A DNA stretch of 61,431 nt, the filler included. It is 3 parts of 3 records of this genome, joined end to end, with 100 filler letters (N's around TTAATTAATTAA, not from the genome) between each part and the next. Parts side by side here need not be neighbours in the genome. Positions count along the whole stretch, not along the records: positions 1 to 30,570 come from SRR31156797_5481; 2 more parts are not named here. One strand, given 5' to 3'. The notes beneath the pieces are model-generated. The model saw only the letters and a program-made list of their open reading frames with translations, ran no database searches and was not told where the DNA came from. The position numbers were made by a program, and so were the translations under genes. Positions 9,168 through 18,817 of this stretch are shown one piece after another. Within the stretch, counting starts at the first letter, position 1. Each line of letters opens with the position of its first letter.

Positions 9168-12100
9168 ATGAAGATTTTTAAAAAGGCGTTAAAAATCGCC
9201 GGCATTATATTAGCATCGTTTCTGCTGTTTTTAATCATCGTAGTAGTCGTGGCCAAGCTCTTCGAGAATGACCTCGCCTCCTATGCCATGGATGAACTGG
9301 AAAAGGAAATTAAGGCGCCCATGTCGGTGGGCAAAGTTTCGGTAATCCCGCTTTTTTCATTCCCTCGTTTCAGTGCTGAAATCAACGACTTGTGGATCGG
9401 TGAACCCGGAAGCGATCGGAACGATTCCATTTTTAACCTCAACAGTATAAAAGTCGGGTTGGACACCTGGGATTTGATCAACGGAAAATACACCATCGAT
9501 AAGCTGGAAATCTCAGGGTTGAGTTTCGATTATTACATCGACAGCAAAGGCAAATCAAACATCGATTTTTTGATCCATGCATTTGCTGATACTACAGAAG
9601 TGACTGATGAAATGCCTTTAGATACGACCCAGGCCATGTCACCCTTATTTTTAACCGCGCAAAAGGGCAGGCTAGCCGACATCACCGTCAGGTATTTTGA
9701 TACCACAACAAATACTGCCGCCAACATTTTTATCCCGGAAATTAGTTTCAAAGCAAAAACCAAAAACGACATTTATGAAATTGATGCCGAAGGTACAGTT
9801 CTGGTCAGCAATTGTTGTTTTGAAGATACACGGCTTGACCTGATGGAATCCGGTGAACTGGATTTCAAAGTGAATTTTAATGATGGCCGCCTGCAAGTTG
9901 AGCAATTGGAGATTGTGACTGAGGGAGCCAGGCTTGATCTATCAGGTGCTGCAAACATTGGCGACACCATTTCAACGGATATTCAGCTTGTTGCTGAAGG
10001 AATGGATCTTCACATATTAAAGAAGTATCTTCCGGATGACTATCAACAACATGTTCCTGTGCTGAGCTCCGGTGATATAGCTCCGGTGCGACTGGGCCTT
10101 AACATGATTTACCACAACGATGATGTATTTTTAAAAGCGCTGATTCTGAAAACAGAAGGCATTGATCTGGCTTTGGATGGTGCTGTGAATTTGGGTGATA
10201 CCATTGCGATTGGTGTCGGCATGGAAGCCAAAGAGATCGATTATGGGGTGATTAAAAAATTTGTTCCCGGTTATATGCTCGAAGATTATGGCATTATCGG
10301 TTTGGCTGGCAAGATGGCATTGTCGGTGGTTGTAGACGGAAAATATGCGGATTCAACCCTCATGCCTGGAATAGTAGCCGAAGTTAGCTTAGATCAATTG
10401 AATGTGGTTACCCGGGATTATCCCGAAATTTCAGCCTTGAACTTTAAAGGGCTGATCGCGAATGGAAACATGTCAAACCTTGACAATACTACTGTTAATA
10501 TTACTGAACTTGCGGTTTTTACACCCAAAAGCAACGTGAACCTTTCCGGTGAATTTCATGGCATCAAAAATGTGTTATACAACTTGAATGCTTCAGCAAG
10601 GGTTAATCTGAGTGAGTTTGAGCAGTACATGCCGGATAGCCTGGCTAAGGATGTTGTTGGGCAGATTGATGCACGTTTGCAAACATCCGGCCAAATGCCC
10701 GATTCAATTACAGATGCTTTTATCGATGAAGTGCTGAACGCGAGTTCATTCGGGGTGCAATGCAAAAATGTTTCAGGCATTTTCATGGATTCCATCAGGG
10801 TGGATGATTTTGGGACTGATATAACATTCCTTCCCACCAGTTCCGGATCAAAAAAGCTGGATGTTCAAAATTTTGCTGTGAAGTTGGACGATCTGCATGT
10901 AAACCTGGATAATTCTTCTGCGCAGATGGTTTTAACCGGGGAAATTTCTGATCTTTCCAACATGGAAATAGACATTAAATCATTGCGGTTGCAGCAGGGG
11001 TTGAACATCATTTCCGGAGCCGCCACCATCGAAAATCCGGAAAATCCCGACTTTGAGATGAATGCCAGTTTAGCCCTGAAACTTGATGAACTGATGCCTT
11101 TTGTTCCTGATTCACTAGTTACTTCAATGGCGGGTAATGTAAATATGTTTGTACGATCGCGAGGAAAAATCAATTTCGAAAAGCTGGAGGAACAAATGTA
11201 TCCGATCTTCTTTGAAAACAGCAGGTTTGATGTGGCCTGTAACGATGTTTCGGTAGCTTTTCCCGATACAAACATGAATTTTAAGGAGTTGTCTGCCGAT
11301 ATGCGTTTCGAAAAGGATTTACTTACCCTAACAAAACTGGCACTAAAGTATAACGGGTTACCCATTGAACTAGATTCTACAGTCGTGAAAAATATTTACA
11401 ACGCAATTTTATTAAACCGGGAGGAGCAGTTATATGTTAATACCCACATTAATTTGGGGGATATTGATTATGATGATTTTGCATATCTGATGGCAATGGA
11501 AAGTGCTGTAGCTGATTCTGTTTCGAGTGCGCCGGATGAAGAACCGTTGGCGGATGAAGAGCCTCAAAAATGGACTTTCCTGATTCACGGAAGTGCGGCG
11601 GTAAAAAGTTTTTCTATCGATACCACTGAATTTGAAGGTTATCAGGTCAACCGGCTGCACTTAACAGATATTTCAACACTTTTCAAACTTACCGACAGTG
11701 CCTACATCGCCGATCAGTTTAATTTTAAAGCCTTTGATGGCGAGACCAACAACTCATTTTATTACCGTCGGAGAGCAGATGGAACACAAACGGTTTCCTC
11801 CCGCCATTATATGAAAGATATCGACATTCGTATGTTGCTCAGGGATTTGGATAACCTGGAGCTGGATTCGATGATCACATGGCAAAATATCAATGGGCGA
11901 CTTTCATCCGAGTTGAATATGTTTTTTCCGCTGGATTCGTCTATGATCGAAAAAATGCTAATCAGTGGAGATATTGTTTTGGAAGACGGGGGTGTGTATG
12001 ATTACGGTCCGGCACAGGAGATCTCAAGGTTTACAAGAATTAAGGAATTGGATAACATTCAGTTTAAAACCCTTCGGAGCAATATTTTTATGTTTAAAAA

Positions 12101-12470
12101 CAGGATATGGGTTCCACGGACCAATATTGTGAGCAACGCACTGGATATTGCGGCTTTTGGTATGTTTGATATGAATTATGATTACGATTATCGGCTTGAA
12201 ATTCACCTCAGAGATATTTTATTTGGTAAGTCAAAAAGGCGAAACAAGAAACAGGATGCCAAAGGTGAAGAAGTGGATGAGAAAACATTGAAGAAAAGCT
12301 CCCGTAAAATACGGTATGCCGATGTTGATGGTGAAACAAAAATGGGTTTGGATTCAAAAGAATCCAGGGAGGAGATGATGAATAAAATCAGGGTGCAAAG
12401 GAAGATGCTGGATTTTATTTTCTTTCCAAAAAACATCCACTACAATACAGATGTCCCCGAAAACATTTAA
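9168..12470 (+). CDS. AsmA-like family protein
   Basis: Single N-terminal TM anchor, long beta-rich repeats and an AsmA-like C-terminus (ELDNIQFKTL...IVSNALDI..FG). Confidence 0.7.
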   Translation: MKIFKKALKIAGIILASFLLFLIIVVVVAKLFENDLASYAMDELEKEIKAPMSVGKVSVIPLFSFPRFSAEINDLWIGEPGSDRNDSIFNLNSIKVGLDTWDLINGKYTIDKLEISGLSFDYYIDSKGKSNIDFLIHAFADTTEVTDEMPLDTTQAMSPLFLTAQKGRLADITVRYFDTTTNTAANIFIPEISFKAKTKNDIYEIDAEGTVLVSNCCFEDTRLDLMESGELDFKVNFNDGRLQVEQLEIVTEGARLDLSGAANIGDTISTDIQLVAEGMDLHILKKYLPDDYQQHVPVLSSGDIAPVRLGLNMIYHNDDVFLKALILKTEGIDLALDGAVNLGDTIAIGVGMEAKEIDYGVIKKFVPGYMLEDYGIIGLAGKMALSVVVDGKYADSTLMPGIVAEVSLDQLNVVTRDYPEISALNFKGLIANGNMSNLDNTTVNITELAVFTPKSNVNLSGEFHGIKNVLYNLNASARVNLSEFEQYMPDSLAKDVVGQIDARLQTSGQMPDSITDAFIDEVLNASSFGVQCKNVSGIFMDSIRVDDFGTDITFLPTSSGSKKLDVQNFAVKLDDLHVNLDNSSAQMVLTGEISDLSNMEIDIKSLRLQQGLNIISGAATIENPENPDFEMNASLALKLDELMPFVPDSLVTSMAGNVNMFVRSRGKINFEKLEEQMYPIFFENSRFDVACNDVSVAFPDTNMNFKELSADMRFEKDLLTLTKLALKYNGLPIELDSTVVKNIYNAILLNREEQLYVNTHINLGDIDYDDFAYLMAMESAVADSVSSAPDEEPLADEEPQKWTFLIHGSAAVKSFSIDTTEFEGYQVNRLHLTDISTLFKLTDSAYIADQFNFKAFDGETNNSFYYRRRADGTQTVSSRHYMKDIDIRMLLRDLDNLELDSMITWQNINGRLSSELNMFFPLDSSMIEKMLISGDIVLEDGGVYDYGPAQEISRFTRIKELDNIQFKTLRSNIFMFKNRIWVPRTNIVSNALDIAAFGMFDMNYDYDYRLEIHLRDILFGKSKRRNKKQDAKGEEVDEKTLKKSSRKIRYADVDGETKMGLDSKESREEMMNKIRVQRKMLDFIFFPKNIHYNTDVPENI

Positions 12471-12518
12471 TTTTGTTCCATATAATTTCAACAAAACAAT
12501 CAAAAAAAATTTTTGACG

Positions 12519-12866
12519 ATGAAAACTTTAAAAACAGTACTGGCATTAATGCTCATTGCAACCATTCCAATGGTTTATTCAGGATGCACCGATGAGGGTG
12601 ACGATGAAAGCTGCGAACAGCAGGACATGAATGAAATTTTGACTTGTGACGGCGAAAAAAACGTTGAAGTATGTTGCGTTGCCGGGGCGGATTGTGTTTA
12701 TAAATTTGATGGAACCGAGTACCCCGATACGAATGATGGGTTGAATGATCTTGCTGATGCACTCGGGTGCACCTATAAAAGTATTGATGCTCAGGCAGCA
12801 GAGAAAGAGCTGATCATCGAAAACCTTATCGAATTAAGAGAAAAAGCCCGGTTGAGGTCTTATTAG
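12519..12866 (+). CDS. Cys-rich hypothetical lipoprotein
   Basis: Signal peptide ending YSG-C, an acidic stretch after the Cys, and six further Cys. Confidence 0.65.
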   Translation: MKTLKTVLALMLIATIPMVYSGCTDEGDDESCEQQDMNEILTCDGEKNVEVCCVAGADCVYKFDGTEYPDTNDGLNDLADALGCTYKSIDAQAAEKELIIENLIELREKARLRSY

Positions 12867-12877
12867 TCTGGATTTAA

Positions 12878-13456
12878 TCACCAAAACCAACTGCTTTTCT
12901 TCATTCTTTTTAGTTTCTTGTTTAGGTCCTTTGTGCTCAGATCCAGCGCAACGATCTCGCCTTTTCCATTGAGTAGTATCATCGTCGGAATGCGTTTGAT
13001 GTTGTAGGTTTTGGCGGCTTCACACTTCCATCCCTGCATATCTCCAACGTTCAGCAGTTTGTCTGTTTGATCTTTCTGTATACTGTTTTCCCAGGCGGTT
13101 TGGTTTCTGTCCAGAGAAACACAAACAATCTCAAATCCTGTCTCGCCATTGTCGAACTCCTCATTTTGATATTTTTCGTGCATTTCAAGCAGATCAGGAG
13201 CCTTTTTTCTGCAGGGGGCGCACCACGAAGCCCAGAAATTGATTAGGATAACTTTACCCCTCAGATCAGATAGGTTAAAGTTTTCACCATCAACAGTTGG
13301 AAGTTCAAATTCAGGGGCGGTCATCCCGGTTTCAATGCCCTGGAGGTGTACCTTTTTTTGTGCGATCAGGCCTGAAGAGATTACCATCAGGATCAGAAAA
13401 GTAATCAATATCTTCAAACTTAAGCGGGCTTTTGTATTATCGAATGATAGTATCAT
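12878..13456 (-). CDS. TlpA-family thiol-disulfide oxidoreductase
   Basis: APEFELP...GKVILINFWASWCAPC and IPTMILL. Exact start uncertain. Confidence 0.88.
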   Translation of the reverse strand: MILSFDNTKARLSLKILITFLILMVISSGLIAQKKVHLQGIETGMTAPEFELPTVDGENFNLSDLRGKVILINFWASWCAPCRKKAPDLLEMHEKYQNEEFDNGETGFEIVCVSLDRNQTAWENSIQKDQTDKLLNVGDMQGWKCEAAKTYNIKRIPTMILLNGKGEIVALDLSTKDLNKKLKRMKKSSWFW

Positions 13457-13589
13457 AAACGCATAATTAGCTTGTTCGGCGACAAGTTTACAATTATTGT
13501 ACCGATTGAAAGTATATCCAAGCTGTAAAATTTTGGTTAAATCTTTTTTTCGAGTGAAATACATTTTACAAGGAAACACTGACATTTTG

Positions 13590-13770
13590 TAATATTACGG
13601 TGCGCTGCACCTCGCGTTTTCATTTAATTCCATCATTCTACAAAGATTATCGCCACTCTGTGGCTTAAGATTTAGGTGCAGCGCACCGTTAATCTTTGTA
13701 GAAATTAAACCATTAGAAATTAAACCATTAGTTGGGAAAAAGGTGCAGCGCACCGCAATATTTATTGCAG
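13590..13770. repeat. Cluster of four REP-like palindromic repeats plus a 15-bp tandem duplication
   Basis: AGGTGCAGCGCACCG occurs at 13598-13612(-), 13674-13688(+) and 13741-13755(+). AGCCACAGAGTGGCGA(-) near 13650-13665 shares the TAATCTTTGTAGAA tail. TAGAAATTAAACCAT occurs twice from 13699. Confidence 0.75.
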
Positions 13771-14004
13771 GAATTTCAAATGGCATGTTAAGCTTGTTTT
13801 GACGCAGGAATTCTCAATGGCCATCGGTAGTAGACGATTCCAGGTTAAGTGCCTGAAATTCAATCGTGCGACCCGAAATTTCGGGATGAAACGTCAAATT
13901 TAATCAGACGCATCTTGCTTGATGTTACACCACACGGAGTATCATTCTATCCGCACATCCTGTAGTGATCCATCTTGGTAAAGTAAGTAGTAAATCAAAA
14001 AAAA

Positions 14005-14050
14005 TTTGGTGGTTTAAAAAACGATTGTACTTTTGTGAGCGATTACTCAC
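14005..14050 (+). promoter_or_regulatory. Bacteroidota promoter with adjacent candidate TetR operator
   Basis: TTTG (14005-14008), 19 nt, TACTTTTG (14028-14035), then the imperfect palindrome GTGAGCGATTACTCAC. Confidence 0.6.
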
Positions 14051-14156
14051 TTAGAGCTCCGAAGCTTTTCACTTCCGCCTAAGGCTATGGTGAATGAAAA
14101 GTGTAGGCGGGTGGCCAGATAAAGTGCGAAACAGTCGGGTTTAAATCTTTGATAAA

Positions 14157-14678
14157 GTGACCGAAAAACAGGAAAAAATAATCAGCGCAGCTTTGCAATT
14201 GTTTGCAAAAGAAGGTTTTCATGCCACATCAACCAGCAAGGTGGCGAAAGCAGCAGGTGTTTCTGAGGGTTTGATATTCAGGCATTTTGGGAACAAAGAT
14301 GGTTTGTTGAAAGCGATTCTGGATGAAGGGGAGCGCAGGTTTAAATCCCTCATGGCTGATGTTGTGTTGGAAACCAATCCTGATGAGGTGATCAGGAAAA
14401 CCATTACGATGACATCAAAAATTGACAAAGCGGATTATGATTTTTGGAAACTGCAATACAAGCTGAAATGGGAACTGGAAGTGAGTGGCGACGCTAAGAT
14501 GGAGCCTCTGAAGCTGGCGCTTACCAACGCTTTTCAAAAATTGAATTACCCCGAGGCTGAGCTTGAAGCGGCTTTGCTGCTCCTGTTTATTGATGGACTG
14601 GGTTCCGCTGTGCTCAAGGGTTCAACAATCAATCCCCACCAAGTGATCGCATTTTTACTAAAAAAGTATAACCTCTAA
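14157..14678 (+). CDS. TetR/AcrR family regulator
   Basis: ALQLFAKEGFHATSTSKVAKAAGVSEGLIFRHF helix-turn-helix. Confidence 0.92.
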   Translation: MTEKQEKIISAALQLFAKEGFHATSTSKVAKAAGVSEGLIFRHFGNKDGLLKAILDEGERRFKSLMADVVLETNPDEVIRKTITMTSKIDKADYDFWKLQYKLKWELEVSGDAKMEPLKLALTNAFQKLNYPEAELEAALLLLFIDGLGSAVLKGSTINPHQVIAFLLKKYNL

Positions 14679-14746
14679 AAAATTTTTATTCCATGTAAAA
14701 AGTAAGTACTCACATAATTTTTCTTAAAATTTAATACACTTTAATC

Positions 14747-15805
14747 ATGACAACAATTGATAATTCAAAACCCGTACTTGTAACCGGAGCGACTGGATAT
14801 GTTGCCGGTTGGCTCGTAAAAAGATTGCTCGACGAAGGCATCACCGTGCATGCCGCTGTCAGGAACCCCGATAAAAAGGAAAAGGTAGCTCACCTGGATG
14901 AGGTGGCGAAAAATTCAAAAGGCAGCATCAAATACTTCAAATCCGATCTGCTTACCGAAGGCTCCTACGCAAAAGCCATGGAAGGATGCGAACTGGTTTT
15001 TCATACGGCCTCTCCTTTTGTTACCGATGTAAAAGACCCACAACGCGATCTGATCGATCCGGCAGTAAAAGGTACGGCCAATGTGCTGCAAACAGCCAAT
15101 AAAACCAACACAGTAAAGCGTGTGGTGGTCACCAGCTCATGTGCCGCCATTTACACCGATGCCAGTGAATGCAGCAAAGCTCCCGGTGGCCGGCTTACCG
15201 AGGAAGTCTGGAACGAAACGGCTTCTCTGAAATATCAGCCCTATTCGTATTCAAAAACCCTGGCCGAGCGAAAAGCCTGGGAATTGGCAGAAAGTCAGGA
15301 TCGCTGGGATTTGGTTACCATCAACCCGAGTTTTGTGATGGGGCCGCCATTGAATGTTAAAGCCAATACTTCTGAGAGTTTCAACATCCTGAAACAAATG
15401 GGAGACGGAACTTTCAAATCAGGTGCACCAAAAATGGGTATCGGGCTGGTGGATGTGCGTGATGTGGCTGATGCTCACTTCCAGGCAGGTTTTAATCCGG
15501 AAGCCAAAGGCCGATACATCACCTCAGCACACAACACCAACTTTTTTGAAATGGCACAGACCCTGCAGGAAAAATTTGGCAGCAAATATCCACTTCCAAA
15601 AAAGGCACTCCCGAAATGGTTGCTCATGATCGTTGGCCCTTTAGCCAATAAACTCTTCACCCGGAGATTCATCAAAAACAACATCAATGTGGAGTTTCGT
15701 GCCGACAATTCAAAAATCAAAAAAGAGTTGGGTATCAATTTTAGGCCCATGAAGGAATCTATGGAAGATGCTTTTCAGGTGTTGGTTGATAATAAGGTGA
15801 TATAA
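14747..15805 (+). CDS. NAD(P)-dependent epimerase/aldehyde reductase (dihydroflavonol-reductase-like extended SDR)
   Basis: VTGATGYVA, HTASP and YSYSK. Confidence 0.88.
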   Translation: MTTIDNSKPVLVTGATGYVAGWLVKRLLDEGITVHAAVRNPDKKEKVAHLDEVAKNSKGSIKYFKSDLLTEGSYAKAMEGCELVFHTASPFVTDVKDPQRDLIDPAVKGTANVLQTANKTNTVKRVVVTSSCAAIYTDASECSKAPGGRLTEEVWNETASLKYQPYSYSKTLAERKAWELAESQDRWDLVTINPSFVMGPPLNVKANTSESFNILKQMGDGTFKSGAPKMGIGLVDVRDVADAHFQAGFNPEAKGRYITSAHNTNFFEMAQTLQEKFGSKYPLPKKALPKWLLMIVGPLANKLFTRRFIKNNINVEFRADNSKIKKELGINFRPMKESMEDAFQVLVDNKVI

Positions 15806-15847
15806 AATAAGCCTCTGTTTTTATCGGGAGTATCCTATGAATTTTAA

Positions 15848-16993
15848 ATGGTCATGAAACGAAAAATTAAAATGATAGTTGGTATAATTATTCTGGTGGT
15901 AGTTGTCGGCGTGATATCCATAGCAGTTTTTATTCATTTTTCACCACAATTTGGTGCTTCCAAAAATGAAATTCAAACTGAGGCTGTTTTGAGTTCTCCG
16001 AACTTTAAAAATGGAAAATTCCTGAATGTTACACCAACGAAAACAATGACAGGCTTTAAGCTTAGTTCGATGGTCGAATTTTTCAGAAGCGGCAACAAAG
16101 TTCCGGATGCCCCGATACCGGCCGAAAAAATTCAACCGGAGGCATTCAATAACTTCGGGGATTCGTTAACGCGGATTACCTGGTTTGGACATTCTACCGT
16201 GCTCATTGAGACCATGGCAAAAATTATTTTGATCGATCCGATGCTGGGCGACAACCCCTCTCCGGTTTCGTGGGCCGGCACCAAAAGGTTTAACCCGGAG
16301 CTGCCCATTCGCATCGAAGACCTTCCGTTTATCGATGTAGTCCTGATTACGCATGATCACTTCGATCATCTGGATTACGGAAGCATCCAAAAAATCAAGG
16401 ACAAGGTTGGGGTTTTTAAAGCACCGCTTGGAGTTGGAGCACATTTACGCAAATGGGGTGTTGATGCCGTTAAAATAGAGGAGCTCGACTGGTGGGAAAG
16501 TACCGAATTTGAGGGTTTGAAATTTGTAGCCACACCGGCACGCCACTTTTCTGGAAGAGGCATTTTCGACCGCAACGCAACACAATGGTGTTCCTGGGTG
16601 ATTCAATCCGGCCATGATAATATTTTTTTCAGTGGCGATGGCGGGTATGGCGAGCATTTCAAAGAAATCGGCAACCGGTTTGGCCCTTTCGATTTTGCTT
16701 TTATGGAGTGTGGCCAATACGATGAGCAGTGGGCGCTGATCCACATGATGCCCGGCGAAATTCCGCTGGCACTTGAGGATTTAAAAGTTAACAGATTTAT
16801 GCCCATCCATTGGGGTGCGTTTAGCCTGGCTTTGCACAGCTGGACCCACCCGGTTGATGAATTACAGAAGCATATAAAAGGAACGAGTTTTGAGATGGCT
16901 TCGCCAAAAATCGGACAGGCATTTTTCGTTTCTCAACCCCTCCCAACAAACAAGTGGTGGTTGGATGTAGGTGTGGTTGATAATGAATTGTGA
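15848..16993 (+). CDS. MBL-fold metallo-hydrolase (RomA/NAPE-PLD-like) with N-terminal anchor
   Basis: WFGHST, THDHFDHLD, PARHFSGR, HMMP and PIHWG. Confidence 0.88.
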   Translation: MVMKRKIKMIVGIIILVVVVGVISIAVFIHFSPQFGASKNEIQTEAVLSSPNFKNGKFLNVTPTKTMTGFKLSSMVEFFRSGNKVPDAPIPAEKIQPEAFNNFGDSLTRITWFGHSTVLIETMAKIILIDPMLGDNPSPVSWAGTKRFNPELPIRIEDLPFIDVVLITHDHFDHLDYGSIQKIKDKVGVFKAPLGVGAHLRKWGVDAVKIEELDWWESTEFEGLKFVATPARHFSGRGIFDRNATQWCSWVIQSGHDNIFFSGDGGYGEHFKEIGNRFGPFDFAFMECGQYDEQWALIHMMPGEIPLALEDLKVNRFMPIHWGAFSLALHSWTHPVDELQKHIKGTSFEMASPKIGQAFFVSQPLPTNKWWLDVGVVDNEL

Positions 16994-17109
16994 TTAGTGA
17001 CAACAAAGATTCAAAAGAGACCTGGCACCATTCTCATGCCGATAAAGGAGTTAATGCTGGGAATTTTTAACCTACTGATGATTAAATAAGATTTTACTAT
17101 TTAGTGAAA

Positions 17110-17787
17110 ATGGAAAATAAAAAGAAAGTAATCATAACCGGAGCCACCGGCATGGTAGGCAAAGGCATCCTGCTGGAATGCCTCGATCATGATTCCATTA
17201 AAGAAGTACTCGTAATTGGAAGAAACCCCATCGGTATGTCGCATCCAAAACTCAAGGAGTTGATCCACAAGGATTTTTCTGATTTTACTCCGGTGGAAGG
17301 AAAACTTGCTGGTTACGATGCCTGCTTTTTCTCACTGGGCATCAGTGCGGCAGGATTGAAGGAAGCGGAATACAAACGCATCACTCATGGTTTTACTATG
17401 GCTCTTGCAAAAACCCTCCTGAAACTAAATCCTGAAATGACTTTCAATTATGTTTCGGGTCAGGGCACGGATTCAACCGAAAGAGGCCGGATGATGTGGG
17501 CACGGGTAAAAGGAAAAACTGAAAACGATCTGCTGAACCTTGGATTTAAACAGGCATATATGTTCAGACCGGGAGCCATCATCCCGCTAAAGGGCATCAA
17601 ATCACGCACAAAAAGCTACCAGTTTATGTACGATTATTTTATGTGGCTGGTAAAACTCATCAAAGCCATTTCACCCAATTCAGTGGTCAATACCACCCAA
17701 ATTGGCCGGGCCATGATCAATTCGATGTTGAAAGGTTACCATGAAAAGATACTCACACCAAAGGATATCATTAAACTTTCCGAATAA
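17110..17787 (+). CDS. NAD-dependent epimerase/dehydratase-like atypical SDR
   Basis: ITGATGMVG, WARVKGKTE and FRPG. Confidence 0.85.
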   Translation: MENKKKVIITGATGMVGKGILLECLDHDSIKEVLVIGRNPIGMSHPKLKELIHKDFSDFTPVEGKLAGYDACFFSLGISAAGLKEAEYKRITHGFTMALAKTLLKLNPEMTFNYVSGQGTDSTERGRMMWARVKGKTENDLLNLGFKQAYMFRPGAIIPLKGIKSRTKSYQFMYDYFMWLVKLIKAISPNSVVNTTQIGRAMINSMLKGYHEKILTPKDIIKLSE

Positions 17788-17842
17788 TTTTTTATCATTG
17801 TTTCCTGAAAATTTCTTGTGGAATCAAAAGCATGAAAACCAA

Positions 17843-18427
17843 ATGAAAATTAGCATGACCAAAGACCAAATTATTCAGCGGCTTAAAGATGGAAACAACC
17901 GGTTTGTTTCTGATAAACTCAACTTGAACTTATGTGATTTCTCCCGGAGAGCAGAGCTGTTGGAAGGGCAAAATCCTTTTGCGATTATCCTCAGTTGTGC
18001 CGACAGCAGGATTGTCCCTGAGCTGGCTTTCGATACGGGTCTTGGTGAATTATTTGATGTCCGGGTTGCCGGAAACATTGTGAGCACCTGCTCGCTGGCA
18101 AGCATCGAATATGCCGTAGCTCATCTTGGCGTTCAGATAATCCTGGTTATGGGTCATGAAAACTGCGGAGCGGTTACTGCGGCACTCAAAGGTGGCAACA
18201 ATGGTTATAACATCAATCATCTGCTAACGCATATTACACCTGCAATTGAGGCTTTGCCCAATGGCTCATCTGTTGATAGTGTAGCACGAAAGAATGCTGA
18301 GCTGGCTGTATCTGAACTACAGGAAAGATCAGAGATCATAAGGCATGCAATCGCAGAAAATGGCCTTGAAATCATTCCTGCCTACTATCATTTGGAATCC
18401 GGTCAGGTAGAATTTCTCAACAGATAA
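17843..18427 (+). CDS. Beta-class carbonic anhydrase
   Basis: GNNRF, CADSR, RVAGN and GHENCGAV zinc motifs. Confidence 0.92.
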   Translation: MKISMTKDQIIQRLKDGNNRFVSDKLNLNLCDFSRRAELLEGQNPFAIILSCADSRIVPELAFDTGLGELFDVRVAGNIVSTCSLASIEYAVAHLGVQIILVMGHENCGAVTAALKGGNNGYNINHLLTHITPAIEALPNGSSVDSVARKNAELAVSELQERSEIIRHAIAENGLEIIPAYYHLESGQVEFLNR

Positions 18428-18472
18428 TCCTTATTTATGTGTTAAAAAACGTCATTTGCAAAATACCGTATC

Positions 18473-18763
18473 GTGGAAATTTTTCATTGTGTTCAGCCTC
18501 CTATGGTTGTTTCTCACCCTATCATCATTGGAGAAGAATCTGAAAAAGTAAATGCAAAAACTGATCAGCTAAATGCTGATAGCGTGATGATTCATGCCGG
18601 GTTGGATACTGATATATCGATTATTAATTTATCCGCTACAGAACCCATTCCACGAAATATATTAATTGATCAGCATGGAATAATTCTTCTTACATCCGCA
18701 GGCTATTCTGAAGAAAACCTGCATGAGATTGCATCGAAAATTTCTGAATTAATTCATAAATAA
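18473..18763 (+). pseudogene. Possible redoxin/TlpA C-terminal remnant
   Basis: IPRNILIDQHGII...GYSEE resembles redoxin C-termini. No CxxC and no recognisable N-terminus. Confidence 0.35.
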
Positions 18764-18817
18764 GTCAAATTCTTTATGGGATTAAACCGGAAAAGCATTC
18801 ATCTGTTTAAAGTTTAA

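Noticed and set aside
13590-13770. CRISPR array
   Set aside because: The repeats are about 15 bp, in mixed orientation and irregularly spaced, with no cas genes nearby.
15848-16993. Metallo-beta-lactamase resistance gene
   Set aside because: The motifs match the RomA/NAPE-PLD-like branch of the fold, not class B beta-lactamases.
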